This document shows positions 9,104-19,409 of a stretch of DNA of 64,000 nucleotides, piece after piece. Within the stretch, counting starts at the first letter, position 1. Every line of letters starts with the position of its first letter. Below the pieces are notes generated by a model. The model searched no databases. It saw nothing but the letters and a program-made list of their open reading frames with translations, and was not told the DNA's origin. Location: contig JAFXYZ010000039.1 of NCBI GenBank assembly GCA_017541465.1, positions 5,580 through 69,579 of the forward strand. The letters run 5' to 3'. Source of the stretch: a bacterium. GTDB taxonomy: Bacteria > Cyanobacteriota > Vampirovibrionia > Gastranaerophilales > Gastranaerophilaceae. Made by a program: the position numbers and the translations under genes.

Positions 9104-10453
9104 TTAGAACGGAAATTTTGGCATTTTTGGCATCTTGCCTTTTTTCATACCCTCCTGCATATTTGATAAACCCTTCATCATTTTTCTCATTCCGTCAAAC
9201 TGAGTGATGAACTGGTTTATCTCGGAAAGTTCCATTCCGCAGCCTTTGGCAATTCTTTTCTTTCTGCTGGAATTTAAAAGTGCGGGATTTTCTCTTTCCC
9301 TCGGTGTCATGCTGAAAATAAATGCCTGAATTTTGTTTAATTGCTTTTCACCTTCGTTTGCAATCATCTGGCGGTTGTCTTTGCTGAGTCCCGGGATGGG
9401 GAGCATACCTAAAATACTTTCTATTGAACCGAGCATTTTCATCTGTTTTTGCATGTTTAAAAAGTCGTTGAAGGTGAACTCGGCTTTTTTCATCTTCTTT
9501 TCAAACTCAACAGCCTGCTTTTCGTCAAAAACCTCCTGGGCTTTTTCAACGAGAGTAACGACATCGCCCATTCCGAGTATTCTGTCCGCTATTCTTGCAG
9601 GGTGAAAATCCTGAAGTTCTTCTATCTTTTCCCCGTTACCGGTCAGCTTAATAGGTTTGTTTGTGCAGTAGGAAACACTTAGCGCACTTCCGCCTCTTGA
9701 GTCGCCGTCGAGTTTTGTTAAAATAACACCCGTTATATCAAGCTGAATATTGAAGTTATCAGCTATATTGACGGCCTCCTGCCCCATCATTGCATCAATA
9801 ACGAGAAGTTTTTCGCAAGGGTGGAAGGCTCTGTCGAGCAAAAGCAGTTCAGCCATCATCGTGTCATCTATCTGAAGTCTGCCTGCCGTATCAATGATTA
9901 CGGGCGAAAAATTGTTTTCTCTTGCTCTGTCTAAAGCCTTTTGGGCTATTAACTGAACATTTTTCTCTTCATCTATCGTAAAAACTTCGACTCCGATTTG
10001 TTCACCCAAAGTTTTTAACTGGGTAATTGCCGCGGGGCGGTAAACATCGCACGCAACAAGCAGAGGTCTTTTACCTTCTTTTTTGAATTTTAATGCAAGT
10101 TTTGCCGCAGAAGTCGTTTTACCTGAGCCCTGAAGCCCGAGCATCATAATAATCGGTGGTGTGCCCGAGAGATTAAGCGGGGTATTTTCTTTGCCCAAAA
10201 CCTCTACAAGCTCATCGTGAACGAGTTTTACAAGCTGTTGGGCAGGGTTTACACCCTCCGTAACCTGAATACCTATTGCCTTATCTTTAAGACTTGTCAT
10301 GAAGGCTTTTACAACCCGAAGATTAACGTCAGCTTCAAGCAAAGCCCTTCTGATTTCCTTCAGAGCTTCTGCTATATTGTCCTCTGTGAGAGTTGCGTTC
10401 CCCGAGACTTTTCTTATTATCCCATGTAATTTAGATGATAAACCGTCAAACAT
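9104..10453 (-). CDS. ffh: signal recognition particle protein Ffh
   Basis: NG domain motifs 'GLQGSGKTT', 'DTAGR' and 'TKLDGD', with a Met-rich M domain at the C-terminus. Confidence 0.92.
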   Translation of the reverse strand: MFDGLSSKLHGIIRKVSGNATLTEDNIAEALKEIRRALLEADVNLRVVKAFMTSLKDKAIGIQVTEGVNPAQQLVKLVHDELVEVLGKENTPLNLSGTPPIIMMLGLQGSGKTTSAAKLALKFKKEGKRPLLVACDVYRPAAITQLKTLGEQIGVEVFTIDEEKNVQLIAQKALDRARENNFSPVIIDTAGRLQIDDTMMAELLLLDRAFHPCEKLLVIDAMMGQEAVNIADNFNIQLDITGVILTKLDGDSRGGSALSVSYCTNKPIKLTGNGEKIEELQDFHPARIADRILGMGDVVTLVEKAQEVFDEKQAVEFEKKMKKAEFTFNDFLNMQKQMKMLGSIESILGMLPIPGLSKDNRQMIANEGEKQLNKIQAFIFSMTPRERENPALLNSSRKKRIAKGCGMELSEINQFITQFDGMRKMMKGLSNMQEGMKKGKMPKMPKFPF

Positions 10454-10497
10454 AATAATTTATCTTACAACATAAATAGTTTATTTCAAGTTAAGAA

Positions 10498-11025
10498 TTA
10501 CTTTTTAATAATTCCGTAGGCTTTAAATATCCCTTCTTCGTAAACGACTTCATAATATCCTTTTCCGCTGTCGGTGATTTCCGCCTTTGCCCTGTATAAC
10601 CTTTCCTCCTGAAGTGCTCTTAGTTCTTCTTCCTTTTCCATAATCTTGTCTTTGCGCTTTTTCTTTTCTTTCATCTCGATTATTTTTGCTTTCAGATGGG
10701 CTTCTTTTTCCATTTCTTCTCTTGTAACCATCTTTTCAACCAGTTTTATAACGGGTATTTCGGCTATTATTCTGTTTGCCTGCGAAAAATAGAGTTTTGT
10801 TCTCGAATTTGAAAGCGCAACCACATAAAAACCGTTAGGAAGTACATTTCCGTCACCATCTTCTATATCATAGGGAAGGGCGAGAACTGGAAATTTTGTT
10901 GACGGCAGGGCAAAAAGATGGGAGTTTTTATCCCATTCATAAATCCCTGCAGGATACTGAGGAAGGTTATACTGCCTTCTGACATCGTTCCAGTCGGAAT
11001 ATATATCGTAAGGTAAATCTGCCAT
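10498..11025 (-). CDS. hypothetical protein
   Basis: 175-aa ORF with a central K/E-rich helix and no recognised motif. Confidence 0.45.
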   Translation of the reverse strand: MADLPYDIYSDWNDVRRQYNLPQYPAGIYEWDKNSHLFALPSTKFPVLALPYDIEDGDGNVLPNGFYVVALSNSRTKLYFSQANRIIAEIPVIKLVEKMVTREEMEKEAHLKAKIIEMKEKKKRKDKIMEKEEELRALQEERLYRAKAEITDSGKGYYEVVYEEGIFKAYGIIKK

Positions 11026-11102
11026 TTTGCCCCCTCTTTTATTATAATTTATTTTTCACTTTAGTAAATATTTCATAATTATTACTTTAAATATTCATAT
11101 AC

Positions 11103-11131
11103 TTGACATATATTAACATGTAGGATAAATA
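11103..11131 (+). promoter_or_regulatory. sigma70-like promoter of the gcv operon (TTGACA-17-TAAATA)
   Basis: Consensus -35 at 11103-11108, a 17-nt spacer, and the -10 TAAATA at 11126-11131. Confidence 0.4.
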
Positions 11132-11151
11132 ACAATAAGGATATGTTAGTT

Positions 11152-12255
11152 ATGGATAAAAAGACTTTAATACATGACACCCAGGTTAAACAGGGTGCAA
11201 AAATGGTTGAATTTGCGGGCTGGGAGATGCCTGTTCAGTTTTCGGGGATAATTGACGAACACAATACCGTCAGAAATGCCCTCGGGCTCTTTGATGTCTC
11301 TCACATGGGCGAGTTTTTTGTTTCAGGCAAAGACTCTTTAAACTTCTTAGAAACTCTTGTTCCTCAGCAGGTTTCATCTCTTACTGACGGCAAAGCCGTT
11401 TATTGCCAGCTTTTAAACGATAAGGGCGGATGTGTTGATGACTTGATTATCTATAAACTGTCCGATTTAAATTACCTTTTAATTGTAAATGCTTCGGGTG
11501 TTGAAGTTGATTTTAATTTTATTGCTTCCCGTAAAGGCAATTTTGAAGTAAAACTCGAAAATAAATCTGATGAATATTCTCTTCTTGCGCTTCAGGGACC
11601 TAAGGCTTCAGATTTAATTCAGGATTTGGGTATTTCAAAATCAGAGCAGCCTTTATCCTTCTATATAAAGCCTGCAAAACTCTTCGGGGTTGATGTCCTT
11701 CTTTCAAGAACAGGCTACACGGGTGAGGACGGCTTTGAAATTATGATGAAAAATGAACATGCCGTTGATTTCTGGAATAATCTTTTAAAAGAGGGCGCAA
11801 AATACGGAATTAAACCGATAGGGCTCGGCGCAAGAGATACTTTAAGGCTTGAAGCGGCTATGCCTTTGTACGGAAACGATTTGAGCAACGATATTTCCCC
11901 CGTTGAAGCAGGACTGTCCTGGTCAATACCAAAAGAGAAAAAGGAAAACTACACCGCAAAAGATATTATTTTCTCTCAGTTACAAAACGGTGTTAAAAAG
12001 AAATTAATAGGTCTTGTTATGATTGACAGGGCTATTGCAAGACACGAATATGAAATATACTATAACGGAAAGCAAATAGGGCATATTTCGAGCGGCTGCT
12101 ATTCACCGACAACGGCGAAAAATATCGCTATGGGTTATATAGATACTTCCTATGGGCTCAAGGTCGGCGACAGTGTTGAAGTTATGGTCAGAAATAAGCT
12201 CTATAAGGCTGAAATAGTAAAAAGACCATTTATTACAAAGAGAAATAAGGTATAA
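11152..12255 (+). CDS. gcvT: glycine cleavage system aminomethyltransferase GcvT
   Basis: 'GAKMVEFAGWEMPVQF..IDEHNTVRNALGLFDVSHMGEF'. The ATG at 11152 is preferred over 11143 because the aagga RBS lies 10 nt upstream of it. Confidence 0.88.
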   Translation: MDKKTLIHDTQVKQGAKMVEFAGWEMPVQFSGIIDEHNTVRNALGLFDVSHMGEFFVSGKDSLNFLETLVPQQVSSLTDGKAVYCQLLNDKGGCVDDLIIYKLSDLNYLLIVNASGVEVDFNFIASRKGNFEVKLENKSDEYSLLALQGPKASDLIQDLGISKSEQPLSFYIKPAKLFGVDVLLSRTGYTGEDGFEIMMKNEHAVDFWNNLLKEGAKYGIKPIGLGARDTLRLEAAMPLYGNDLSNDISPVEAGLSWSIPKEKKENYTAKDIIFSQLQNGVKKKLIGLVMIDRAIARHEYEIYYNGKQIGHISSGCYSPTTAKNIAMGYIDTSYGLKVGDSVEVMVRNKLYKAEIVKRPFITKRNKV

Positions 12256-12267
12256 TAAGGAGAAACC

Positions 12268-12648
12268 ATGGAATTACCCGAAGAACTTTTATGCAGTAAA
12301 ACTCACGAGTTCGTTTATCCCGAAAACGGAAACTACGTAATCGGTTTAACGGACTATGCGGTTGAACAATTAGGCGACATCGTTTTTGTTGAACTCCCTT
12401 CCGTTGACACAGAGTTCCAAAAGGGCGATGTTTTTGGTACTGTCGAATCAGTAAAAGCTGCTTCTGAAATCTATATGCCCGTTGGAGGTAAGGTTGTTGA
12501 AATCAACGAACAACTGATTGAACAGCCCGAACTTCTTAACGAATCACCTATGGACAGAGCCTGGCTGATTAAGATTGAGGCTTCTTCCTATGCTGAAGAT
12601 TCACAGGATTTAATGGAATACGACAATTATAAAGATGAAGTTGAATAA
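12268..12648 (+). CDS. gcvH: glycine cleavage system H protein
   Basis: 126 aa with the lipoyl-lysine motif 'VESVKAASEIY'. Confidence 0.9.
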   Translation: MELPEELLCSKTHEFVYPENGNYVIGLTDYAVEQLGDIVFVELPSVDTEFQKGDVFGTVESVKAASEIYMPVGGKVVEINEQLIEQPELLNESPMDRAWLIKIEASSYAEDSQDLMEYDNYKDEVE

Positions 12649-12650
12649 TT

Positions 12651-13964
12651 ATGTATAATTTTAAAGCAAATTCAGCCGAAACGACAAAAGAAATGCTGGC
12701 TTCGGTTGGTGTAAAAGAGTATGACGATTTATACTCCGTTGTTCCTGAGCAGGCGAGAATGAAGGAATTTAACCTTCCCGAGCCCATGAGCGAAATGGAG
12801 GTCGAAAAAGAAATCAGTGCTGTTTCAAAAAGAAATAACACCAATTATCTTTCCTTCTTAGGCGGCGGCGCATATAAAAGGTTTATCCCTTCTGCTGTTT
12901 CTCAAATCTCTTCGAGGTTTGAGTTTAACACCGCATATACTCCCTATCAGCCCGAAATTTCGCAGGGTACTCTTCAGGTTATCTACGAATTTCAGTCATA
13001 TATCTGCGATTTAACAGGCATGGACGTTGCGAATGCTTCCGTCTATGACGGCGCAAATGCCTGCGCTGAGGCTATGCTGATGGCAAAAAGAATAACGGGT
13101 TCAGGTAAAATTCTTGTTTCATCACTCTTAAACCCTCAGTATATTGAGGTTATCAAGACTTATGCCGAGGCAAACGCAATAGATGTTGAATTTGTCGGCG
13201 AAAAAGATATGAAAACAGATTTATCCTCTGTTCAGGACAAGGTTAAATCAGGTGAATATTCTGCTCTGTTTGTTCAGACACCTAATTTCCTGGGTGAAAT
13301 TGAAGATGTAGATGAATTAAAAGCTCTTGAGCGCAACCCAAAGACTTTACTGATAACATCAATAGAGCCTGTCAGCGCTTATGTTTTAAAGAAACCCTCT
13401 TATTTTGGCGCAGATATTGTTGTTGGTGATGTTCAGTCTTTTGGAAACCCTGTTTCCTTCGGCGGTCCTTATTGCGGGTTTATTGCTACCGTTGATAAGT
13501 ATAAACGTCAGCTCGCAGGCAGAATTGTCGGAAAAACGGTTGATGCCGAAGGTAATACCGCTTATACGTTAACCCTTCAGGCAAGAGAACAGCATATCAA
13601 GCGCGAAAAGGCAACCAGTAACATCTGTTCAAATCAGGCGCTTTCAGCTCTGAATGCGACTGTTTATCTTTCTTTAATGGGTAAAAACGGGTTAAAGCAG
13701 GTCGGCTATCTGAGTTCAAAGCAAGCTCATCTTCTTTCTTCCGAGCTCTCTAAAAACGGCTTTAGGACTTTAAACAACGACTTTTTCAATGAGTTCGTGC
13801 TTGAAGTCGGTGATTCAAAAAGATTTTTGGAAAAAATGAAAGAGAAGAATATTTTAGCAGGTGTCAAACTCAACGACAGTCAAATTCTTGTATGCACCAC
13901 CGAAATGAACACGACAGGCGAACTGAAGGCTTTTGTTAAAAACGCGCTTTTGAGTTCTGTATAA
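12651..13964 (+). CDS. gcvPA: glycine dehydrogenase (decarboxylating) subunit 1, GcvPA
   Basis: 437 aa. 'FLGGGAYKRFIPSAV', 'FNTAYTPYQPEISQGTLQ' and 'REQHIKREKATSNICSNQAL' are typical of the P-protein alpha subunit. Confidence 0.88.
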   Translation: MYNFKANSAETTKEMLASVGVKEYDDLYSVVPEQARMKEFNLPEPMSEMEVEKEISAVSKRNNTNYLSFLGGGAYKRFIPSAVSQISSRFEFNTAYTPYQPEISQGTLQVIYEFQSYICDLTGMDVANASVYDGANACAEAMLMAKRITGSGKILVSSLLNPQYIEVIKTYAEANAIDVEFVGEKDMKTDLSSVQDKVKSGEYSALFVQTPNFLGEIEDVDELKALERNPKTLLITSIEPVSAYVLKKPSYFGADIVVGDVQSFGNPVSFGGPYCGFIATVDKYKRQLAGRIVGKTVDAEGNTAYTLTLQAREQHIKREKATSNICSNQALSALNATVYLSLMGKNGLKQVGYLSSKQAHLLSSELSKNGFRTLNNDFFNEFVLEVGDSKRFLEKMKEKNILAGVKLNDSQILVCTTEMNTTGELKAFVKNALLSSV

Positions 13965-13973
13965 GGAATAGTT

Positions 13974-15725
13974 ATGGATTTTATTAAAAAACACATCGAA
14001 TTAATTTCGCTTCTGCTTTTGGCAGTGGTGTGTTTTTTCTTGTATTTCTTTGCTTTAGGGGAATACAGCCTTATAGATGTTGATGAATCAAGATATATCT
14101 CTATCGCGCGAGATATGATTAACGCGAATGACTGGATGACTTTAAGACTTAACGGGGAATTTTTCTTTGAAAAGCCTCCGCTTTATTTCTGGCTTGTCAA
14201 CCTTTCGTTTTTGATGTTTCATAAAATTTCGGAGTTTGCGGGAAGATTTCCCGTTGCCCTCCTTTCAACCCTGACAGTCTTTGCGACTTATTTTTCAGTC
14301 AGAAAAATGACCTCAAGACGTGTCGGGATGCTCTGCGCTCTTGTTTTAGCTACGGGAATTGAGTTTCTTGTCCTCTCAAGAGTTGCCATTTTGGATATGG
14401 TGCTGAGCGCATTTATCACTTTTTCACTCCTTTGCGGTTATCTGACATTTTTTGTTGAAGGCCCAAAGCGAAAATATTTCTGGTGGGGCTTCTACATTTT
14501 CTCGGCTCTTGCCTTTCTTGCAAAAGGTATTCCGGGTGTTGCCGTTCCGTTTGGTGTGATGTTCTTCGCTCACCTGCTTTCAGGAAAAATGCGCCAGATA
14601 TTTCGTCCTTCTCACCTGCTTCCGGGTGTTGTTCTTTTTGCTTTAATTAGTGTTCCCTGGCACTACATAATGATGAAAATGTACTCAAGCCTTTTCTTTG
14701 ACCAGTATGTTATGGAACATCATCTTGCCAGATTTTTAACTTCCGAGAATATCGGACGAAAACAGCCGTTCTGGTTCTTTATTCCCGTATTTTTGGGCGG
14801 ACTTCTTCCCTGGACGGGCTCTTTTATCGCTATGCTCTGCGTTCAGTTTAAGAATATTGCGAAATTTTTTAAAGAATATTTTTCAAACATAAATTATGAA
14901 ATTCTTGACTTAAAATGGAATAAACTTGATTACCCTCAGAGGTTTATTTTCTTAAATTTAATTGCTTTTGCGGTTATCTTTTTGTTCTTTTCAGCATCGA
15001 GCACCAAACTTCCCACATATATACTTCCCGTAATGTTCCCGGCTTCTTGTCTTTTGGGTGTATTTTGGTGTGATTATATTTACTATAAAAAGTTTGAAGT
15101 GTCTGTTTTAATTGCAACCAATATAACAAATGCCATATTTATTATTGCATCGTTTGTTGCGCTCTTTACGGGCTATTTCCTTCCCGAAGACCTGGAAAGC
15201 GAGATTGTAAGGTTTAAAATTCCCGTTTTGCTTATGTTTTTCTTCGTTCCGATGATTAGTGTCGTTGCAACGGTCGTCAAAAACAGGATTTTGGTTTTCC
15301 TTTCAAACGTATTTTTTATGATGTGTCTTGCGGGAATTTCCTCTCTGTTTGTTTTCAATTTTGTTGCAACAGTCGGAGGTGAAAACGATTTAATCAGATT
15401 TGCGATAAAAGCTCAGCAGGAGGGTGTAAAACTCGGAAACTTCAACTTCGGTCAGAAATATTCTCTTAACTATTACTATGATAACTTTGTTGATTATCAG
15501 AGCGACTTTGAGCTCGACTGGCTCAGAGAGTATTTTGAAAAATACCCTGACGGCTATATTATAATTAAAATCAAAGATTTAAAAGAGCTCGATGATTCAG
15601 GGTTTAAGTATTCCACACTTGAATCGGGCAGAAGATACTGTATAATCACCGCTCCAAAGAAGGAAGAAGAACCTCAGCCCGATGAAATGGACGAATACGT
15701 TCAGGAGCTTCTTAAAGAGGAATAA
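13974..15725 (+). CDS. GT-C fold glycosyltransferase, family 39 (ArnT/PMT-like)
   Basis: 583 aa with more than 10 TM segments. First-loop acidic motif 'DVDESRYISIARDM' and 'FFEKPPLYFW'. Lies 10 nt after gcvPA. Confidence 0.72.
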   Translation: MDFIKKHIELISLLLLAVVCFFLYFFALGEYSLIDVDESRYISIARDMINANDWMTLRLNGEFFFEKPPLYFWLVNLSFLMFHKISEFAGRFPVALLSTLTVFATYFSVRKMTSRRVGMLCALVLATGIEFLVLSRVAILDMVLSAFITFSLLCGYLTFFVEGPKRKYFWWGFYIFSALAFLAKGIPGVAVPFGVMFFAHLLSGKMRQIFRPSHLLPGVVLFALISVPWHYIMMKMYSSLFFDQYVMEHHLARFLTSENIGRKQPFWFFIPVFLGGLLPWTGSFIAMLCVQFKNIAKFFKEYFSNINYEILDLKWNKLDYPQRFIFLNLIAFAVIFLFFSASSTKLPTYILPVMFPASCLLGVFWCDYIYYKKFEVSVLIATNITNAIFIIASFVALFTGYFLPEDLESEIVRFKIPVLLMFFFVPMISVVATVVKNRILVFLSNVFFMMCLAGISSLFVFNFVATVGGENDLIRFAIKAQQEGVKLGNFNFGQKYSLNYYYDNFVDYQSDFELDWLREYFEKYPDGYIIIKIKDLKELDDSGFKYSTLESGRRYCIITAPKKEEEPQPDEMDEYVQELLKEE

Positions 15726-15736
15726 TTTTAGTTTTT

Positions 15737-15760
15737 GTCAGGTATTGCCTGACCTGTTTT
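15737..15760 (+). terminator. rho-independent terminator
   Basis: Stem gtcagg/cctgac with loop tattg, followed by ctgttttt. Confidence 0.5.
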
Positions 15761-18585
15761 TAAAGCAGTTTCTTTAAATACTGTCCTGTGAATGAATGTT
15801 TGCACTGCGCAACTTCTTCGGGTGTTCCTCTTGTCACGATGTATCCGCCGTTTTCACCGCCATAAGGACCTAAATCGATTATGTGGTCTGCCACTTTAAT
15901 TAAATCGAGGTTGTGTTCGATGATTAAAAGTGTGTTACCGCTGTCTGCGAGCTTGTTTATGATTTTAATGAGCTTGTCTAAATCATACCAGTGAAGCCCG
16001 ACAGAGGGTTCATCGAGAAGATATAGTGTTCTTCCCGTTGCCTTTTTGTTTAATTCGGCAGCTAGTTTTATTCTCTGAGCTTCGCCCCCTGATAGTGTTG
16101 TTGCACTTTGCCCGAGCTGAATATATCCTAAACCGACATCCTGAAGGGTTTGAAGTCTGTTTCTTATCTTAGGGTGGTTTTCAAAGAACTCAAGCGCTTC
16201 TGTGACGCTCATCGAGAGTACGTCATAGATGTCTTTTCCCTTGTATTTAATCTCTAAGGTTTCGTTATTGTATCTTTTTCCTTTGCACACGTCACATTTG
16301 ACGAAAACATCAGAGAGAAAATTCATTTCGATTTTAATTAATCCGTCACCTTTGCACGACTCACATCTTCCCCCTCTGACATTAAAACTGAAGCGCCCGG
16401 GGGCATAGCCTCTTGCCTTCGCTTCGTTTGTCTTTGCAAACAAATCTCTTATGTGGGTGAAAATGTCTGTATAAGTGGCAGGATTTGAACGGGGAGTTCT
16501 TCCTATCGGCGACTGATCAATGTTTATGACTTTATCTATGTATTCAAAATTTTCGATTTCGTCAAGTCCCTGAGGCTTCGGAGTGTTCCCGAAGAGCTTA
16601 TGGTGGGCATATTTATAGATTAAATCTTCCATTAAAGTTGATTTCCCTGAGCCTGAAACCCCTGTCAAAACAACGACTTTACCGAGAGGAATTTCGACAT
16701 CAATATTTTTTAAATTGTTGAGATGTGCATTTCTGACGATTATCGAATGACCGTTTCCTTCTCTTCGCATTTTGGGAACGGGAATTGAACGTTTCCCCGA
16801 AAGATACTGCCCGGTCAGAGAATCTTTTGCCTTCTCTATATCCTCTATTGTCCCCTGCGCAACGACCTTTCCTCCGTAAACACCTGCCCTCGGACCAATG
16901 TCAACGATATAATCGGCACTTCGTATTGTATCCTCATCGTGCTCAACAACGATGACTGTGTTTCCTAAATTTCTCAGTTTAAACAGTGTCTTAATGAGCA
17001 TTTCGTTGTTCATCTGGTGAAGTCCGATTGAAGGTTCATCAAGAACGTACATAACCCCGGACAGACCGCTTCCGATTTGGGTTGCAAGCCTTATTCTCTG
17101 CGCCTCACCGCCTGAAAGAGTTCCTGCCATACGGGCTAAATCAATGTAGTCTAAACCTACGTCTATTAAAAACTTCAGTCTTGAGCGGATTTCATCGAGT
17201 ATCTGTCTTGCTATTTTGAGTTTAAAATCATCGAGTTCAAGGAACAAATCAGAGATAAACTTAAACGAATCCGCAATACTCATCTTGCATACATCGTGAA
17301 TACTTTTTCCCTGTATGGTTATCGAGAGAACAAATTTGTTTAATCTTGCACCGTTGCAACTTGAACAGGGAATCTGAGACATATATTTCTGAATTTCATC
17401 TCTGATTTCATCGCTGTTTGTTTCTTCGTAGCGCTCCATAAAATATGGAATAACACCTTTAAACGTCTGTCTTCTGTCCTGCCATCTTGTATCAGAGCCG
17501 AAGGCATGGGTGTGCATAAGAATTTTTTCTTTTGAACCGTAAAGAATAATTTGTTTGTGCTCTTCGGGTAAATCTTTAAACGGAACGTCTAAATCTATTC
17601 CGAAATGCTTTGAAACAGAAGAGAGAACCTCCTGATAGTATGGGTTTCCCGTCTTTGCCCAGGGATATATTGCGCCTTTTGAAAGTGATTTTTTATCGTC
17701 CGGGATAATCATATCAGGGTTGATTTTGAAGTGAAATCCGAGTCCTGAACACTCTTCGCACGCACCATAGGGGTTATTGAAACTGAAAATACGGGGCGAA
17801 ATTTCACCGAAACTGAGGTTACAGTCGGGGCAGGACAGTTTTTCCGAGAAGATTATTTCCTTTTCGTCTTCGGTTAAAACCGTTACAATACCTCCTGATT
17901 TCGTCAGCGCAGTCTGGACACTGTCCGCAAGCCTTGTCTTCGCGCTTTCTCTTACAATAAGGCGGTCAACAACAATATCTATATCGTGCTTTTTTGTCTT
18001 GGCGAGTTCTATTTCGTCATAATCGAGGTTGTAAATTTCCCCGTCAACACGTACTCTGATAAAACCTTCCTGCTTTAAGGTGTTAAAAAGTGTCTGATAC
18101 TCGCCTTTTTTGCTTTTTATGACGGGAGCGAGAATCTGAATTTTTGTTCCCTCTTTGAAATTGTTTATTTTCTCCAGTATCTGGTCTAAAGACTGGGGAA
18201 CTATCTCTCTTCCGCAATTCGGGCAGTGAGGAGTTCCTATTCTTGCAAACAGGAGTCTTAAAAAATCATAAATCTCTGTTACCGTTCCAACAGTAGAACG
18301 CGGGTTGTTGCTGGTGGTTTTCTGGTCAATTGCAATTGCAGGCGATAAACCTTCTATACTCTCGACATCGGGCTTGTCGAGTTGCCCTAAGAATTGACGC
18401 GCATAAGTGGAAAGACTTTCAACGTATCTGCGTTGCCCTTCAGCAAAAATCGTGTCAAACGCAAGCGAACTCTTCCCTGAACCCGAAATTCCCGTAAAAA
18501 CAACGAGTTCATTTTTCGGAAATTCTAAGTCTATGTTATCAAGATTATTCTGATTAGCTTTTCGTATAATTATTTTGTCGTTCAT
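15760..18585 (-). CDS. uvrA: excinuclease ABC subunit A
   Basis: 941 aa with two ABC modules ('GISGSGKSS', 'GVSGSGKST'), 'LSGGE' signatures and CxxC zinc modules. Confidence 0.95.
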   Translation of the reverse strand: MNDKIIIRKANQNNLDNIDLEFPKNELVVFTGISGSGKSSLAFDTIFAEGQRRYVESLSTYARQFLGQLDKPDVESIEGLSPAIAIDQKTTSNNPRSTVGTVTEIYDFLRLLFARIGTPHCPNCGREIVPQSLDQILEKINNFKEGTKIQILAPVIKSKKGEYQTLFNTLKQEGFIRVRVDGEIYNLDYDEIELAKTKKHDIDIVVDRLIVRESAKTRLADSVQTALTKSGGIVTVLTEDEKEIIFSEKLSCPDCNLSFGEISPRIFSFNNPYGACEECSGLGFHFKINPDMIIPDDKKSLSKGAIYPWAKTGNPYYQEVLSSVSKHFGIDLDVPFKDLPEEHKQIILYGSKEKILMHTHAFGSDTRWQDRRQTFKGVIPYFMERYEETNSDEIRDEIQKYMSQIPCSSCNGARLNKFVLSITIQGKSIHDVCKMSIADSFKFISDLFLELDDFKLKIARQILDEIRSRLKFLIDVGLDYIDLARMAGTLSGGEAQRIRLATQIGSGLSGVMYVLDEPSIGLHQMNNEMLIKTLFKLRNLGNTVIVVEHDEDTIRSADYIVDIGPRAGVYGGKVVAQGTIEDIEKAKDSLTGQYLSGKRSIPVPKMRREGNGHSIIVRNAHLNNLKNIDVEIPLGKVVVLTGVSGSGKSTLMEDLIYKYAHHKLFGNTPKPQGLDEIENFEYIDKVINIDQSPIGRTPRSNPATYTDIFTHIRDLFAKTNEAKARGYAPGRFSFNVRGGRCESCKGDGLIKIEMNFLSDVFVKCDVCKGKRYNNETLEIKYKGKDIYDVLSMSVTEALEFFENHPKIRNRLQTLQDVGLGYIQLGQSATTLSGGEAQRIKLAAELNKKATGRTLYLLDEPSVGLHWYDLDKLIKIINKLADSGNTLLIIEHNLDLIKVADHIIDLGPYGGENGGYIVTRGTPEEVAQCKHSFTGQYLKKLL

Positions 18586-18634
18586 ATCAACATTATGACA
18601 TAAAATTTTGATATAATTTATTTTGTGTTAAATT

Positions 18635-18663
18635 TTTACAAATTATGGGTAATATGATATTAT
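18635..18663 (+). promoter_or_regulatory. sigma70-like promoter (TTTACA-17-TGaTATTAT) of the pilin-like gene
   Basis: The -35 is at 18635-18640 and the extended -10 at 18655-18663. Confidence 0.4.
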
Positions 18664-18698
18664 AAAAATTAATCAGAGAATTAAGAGAGGTTTTTAGT

Positions 18699-19356
18699 AT
18701 GTTTAATAAAAATCAAGTTATTCCTACCCCCCCCCAACAACCATAAGGCATTTACGCTTGCCGAGGTTTTGATTACTCTCGTAATAATAGGCGTAATTGC
18801 CGCTTTGACTGTTCCTACTGTTATGAATAAAATTAATGAACAAAGGACTGTAAGCGGTGTTAAAACAGCATATTCAAAATTGGCTCAGGCAATACAAAAA
18901 GCTCAAATATCAAATGGCTCATTAACAACCTGGTCAGTAGATTCTCCTGAAGATATTTTTAAGTTAGTGAAACCTAATCTTCAAATAATGAAAGAATGCG
19001 GTTATGGTTCGGGTTGTTTTCCTGATGTTACATATAAATATTTAGATAATAGAGAATATATAAATATTGATACAAGAGGTGATATATATAAATTTATTCT
19101 AAATGATGGGACACTTGTTGTAATTTTAATACATAGAAATAAACAAGGAATGAATTTTTGGTTTGATATAAATGGTCCTAAAGGACCAAATCAATGGGCT
19201 AAAGATTTATTTTTGTTTCCAGTTGATTTTACAACCGGGAAAATATCTGTTACAGATAATAGCTATGAATGTTACAAAGACAATACTGGATTAGGTTGTG
19301 CAGGTTGGATATTAAAATATAATAATACAGACTATCCTGCTACAACACCTGAATAG
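18699..19356 (+). pseudogene. prepilin-type (type IV pilin / pseudopilin-like) gene interrupted by a frameshift in a C9 tract
   Basis: An RBS (aagagagg) and an ATG at 18699 open a frame that stops at 18744. The pilin frame 'KAFTLAEVLITLVIIGVIAALTVP...' is +1 relative to it and has no ATG/GTG/TTG start before 18769. Removing one C would join the two frames. Confidence 0.7.
18727..18735 (+). repeat. homopolymeric C9 tract
   Basis: Nine consecutive C residues inside the 5' end of the pilin-like gene. Confidence 0.95.
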
Positions 19357-19398
19357 TAAGTAGGGTGGGCAAAACGAAGTTGCCCACCCTACTCTTAC
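19356..19398. terminator. bidirectional terminator / REP-like GTAG hairpin
   Basis: 12-bp stem tagggtgggcaa/ttgcccacccta with loop aacgaag, between the convergent pilin-like and response-regulator genes. Confidence 0.6.
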
Positions 19399-19409
19399 TA
19401 AAGCCCGAC

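Noticed and set aside
11026-11151. Looked for a glycine riboswitch ahead of gcvT.
   Set aside because: The leader is almost pure AT with only a promoter and an RBS. None of the conserved G/C-rich riboswitch cores is visible.
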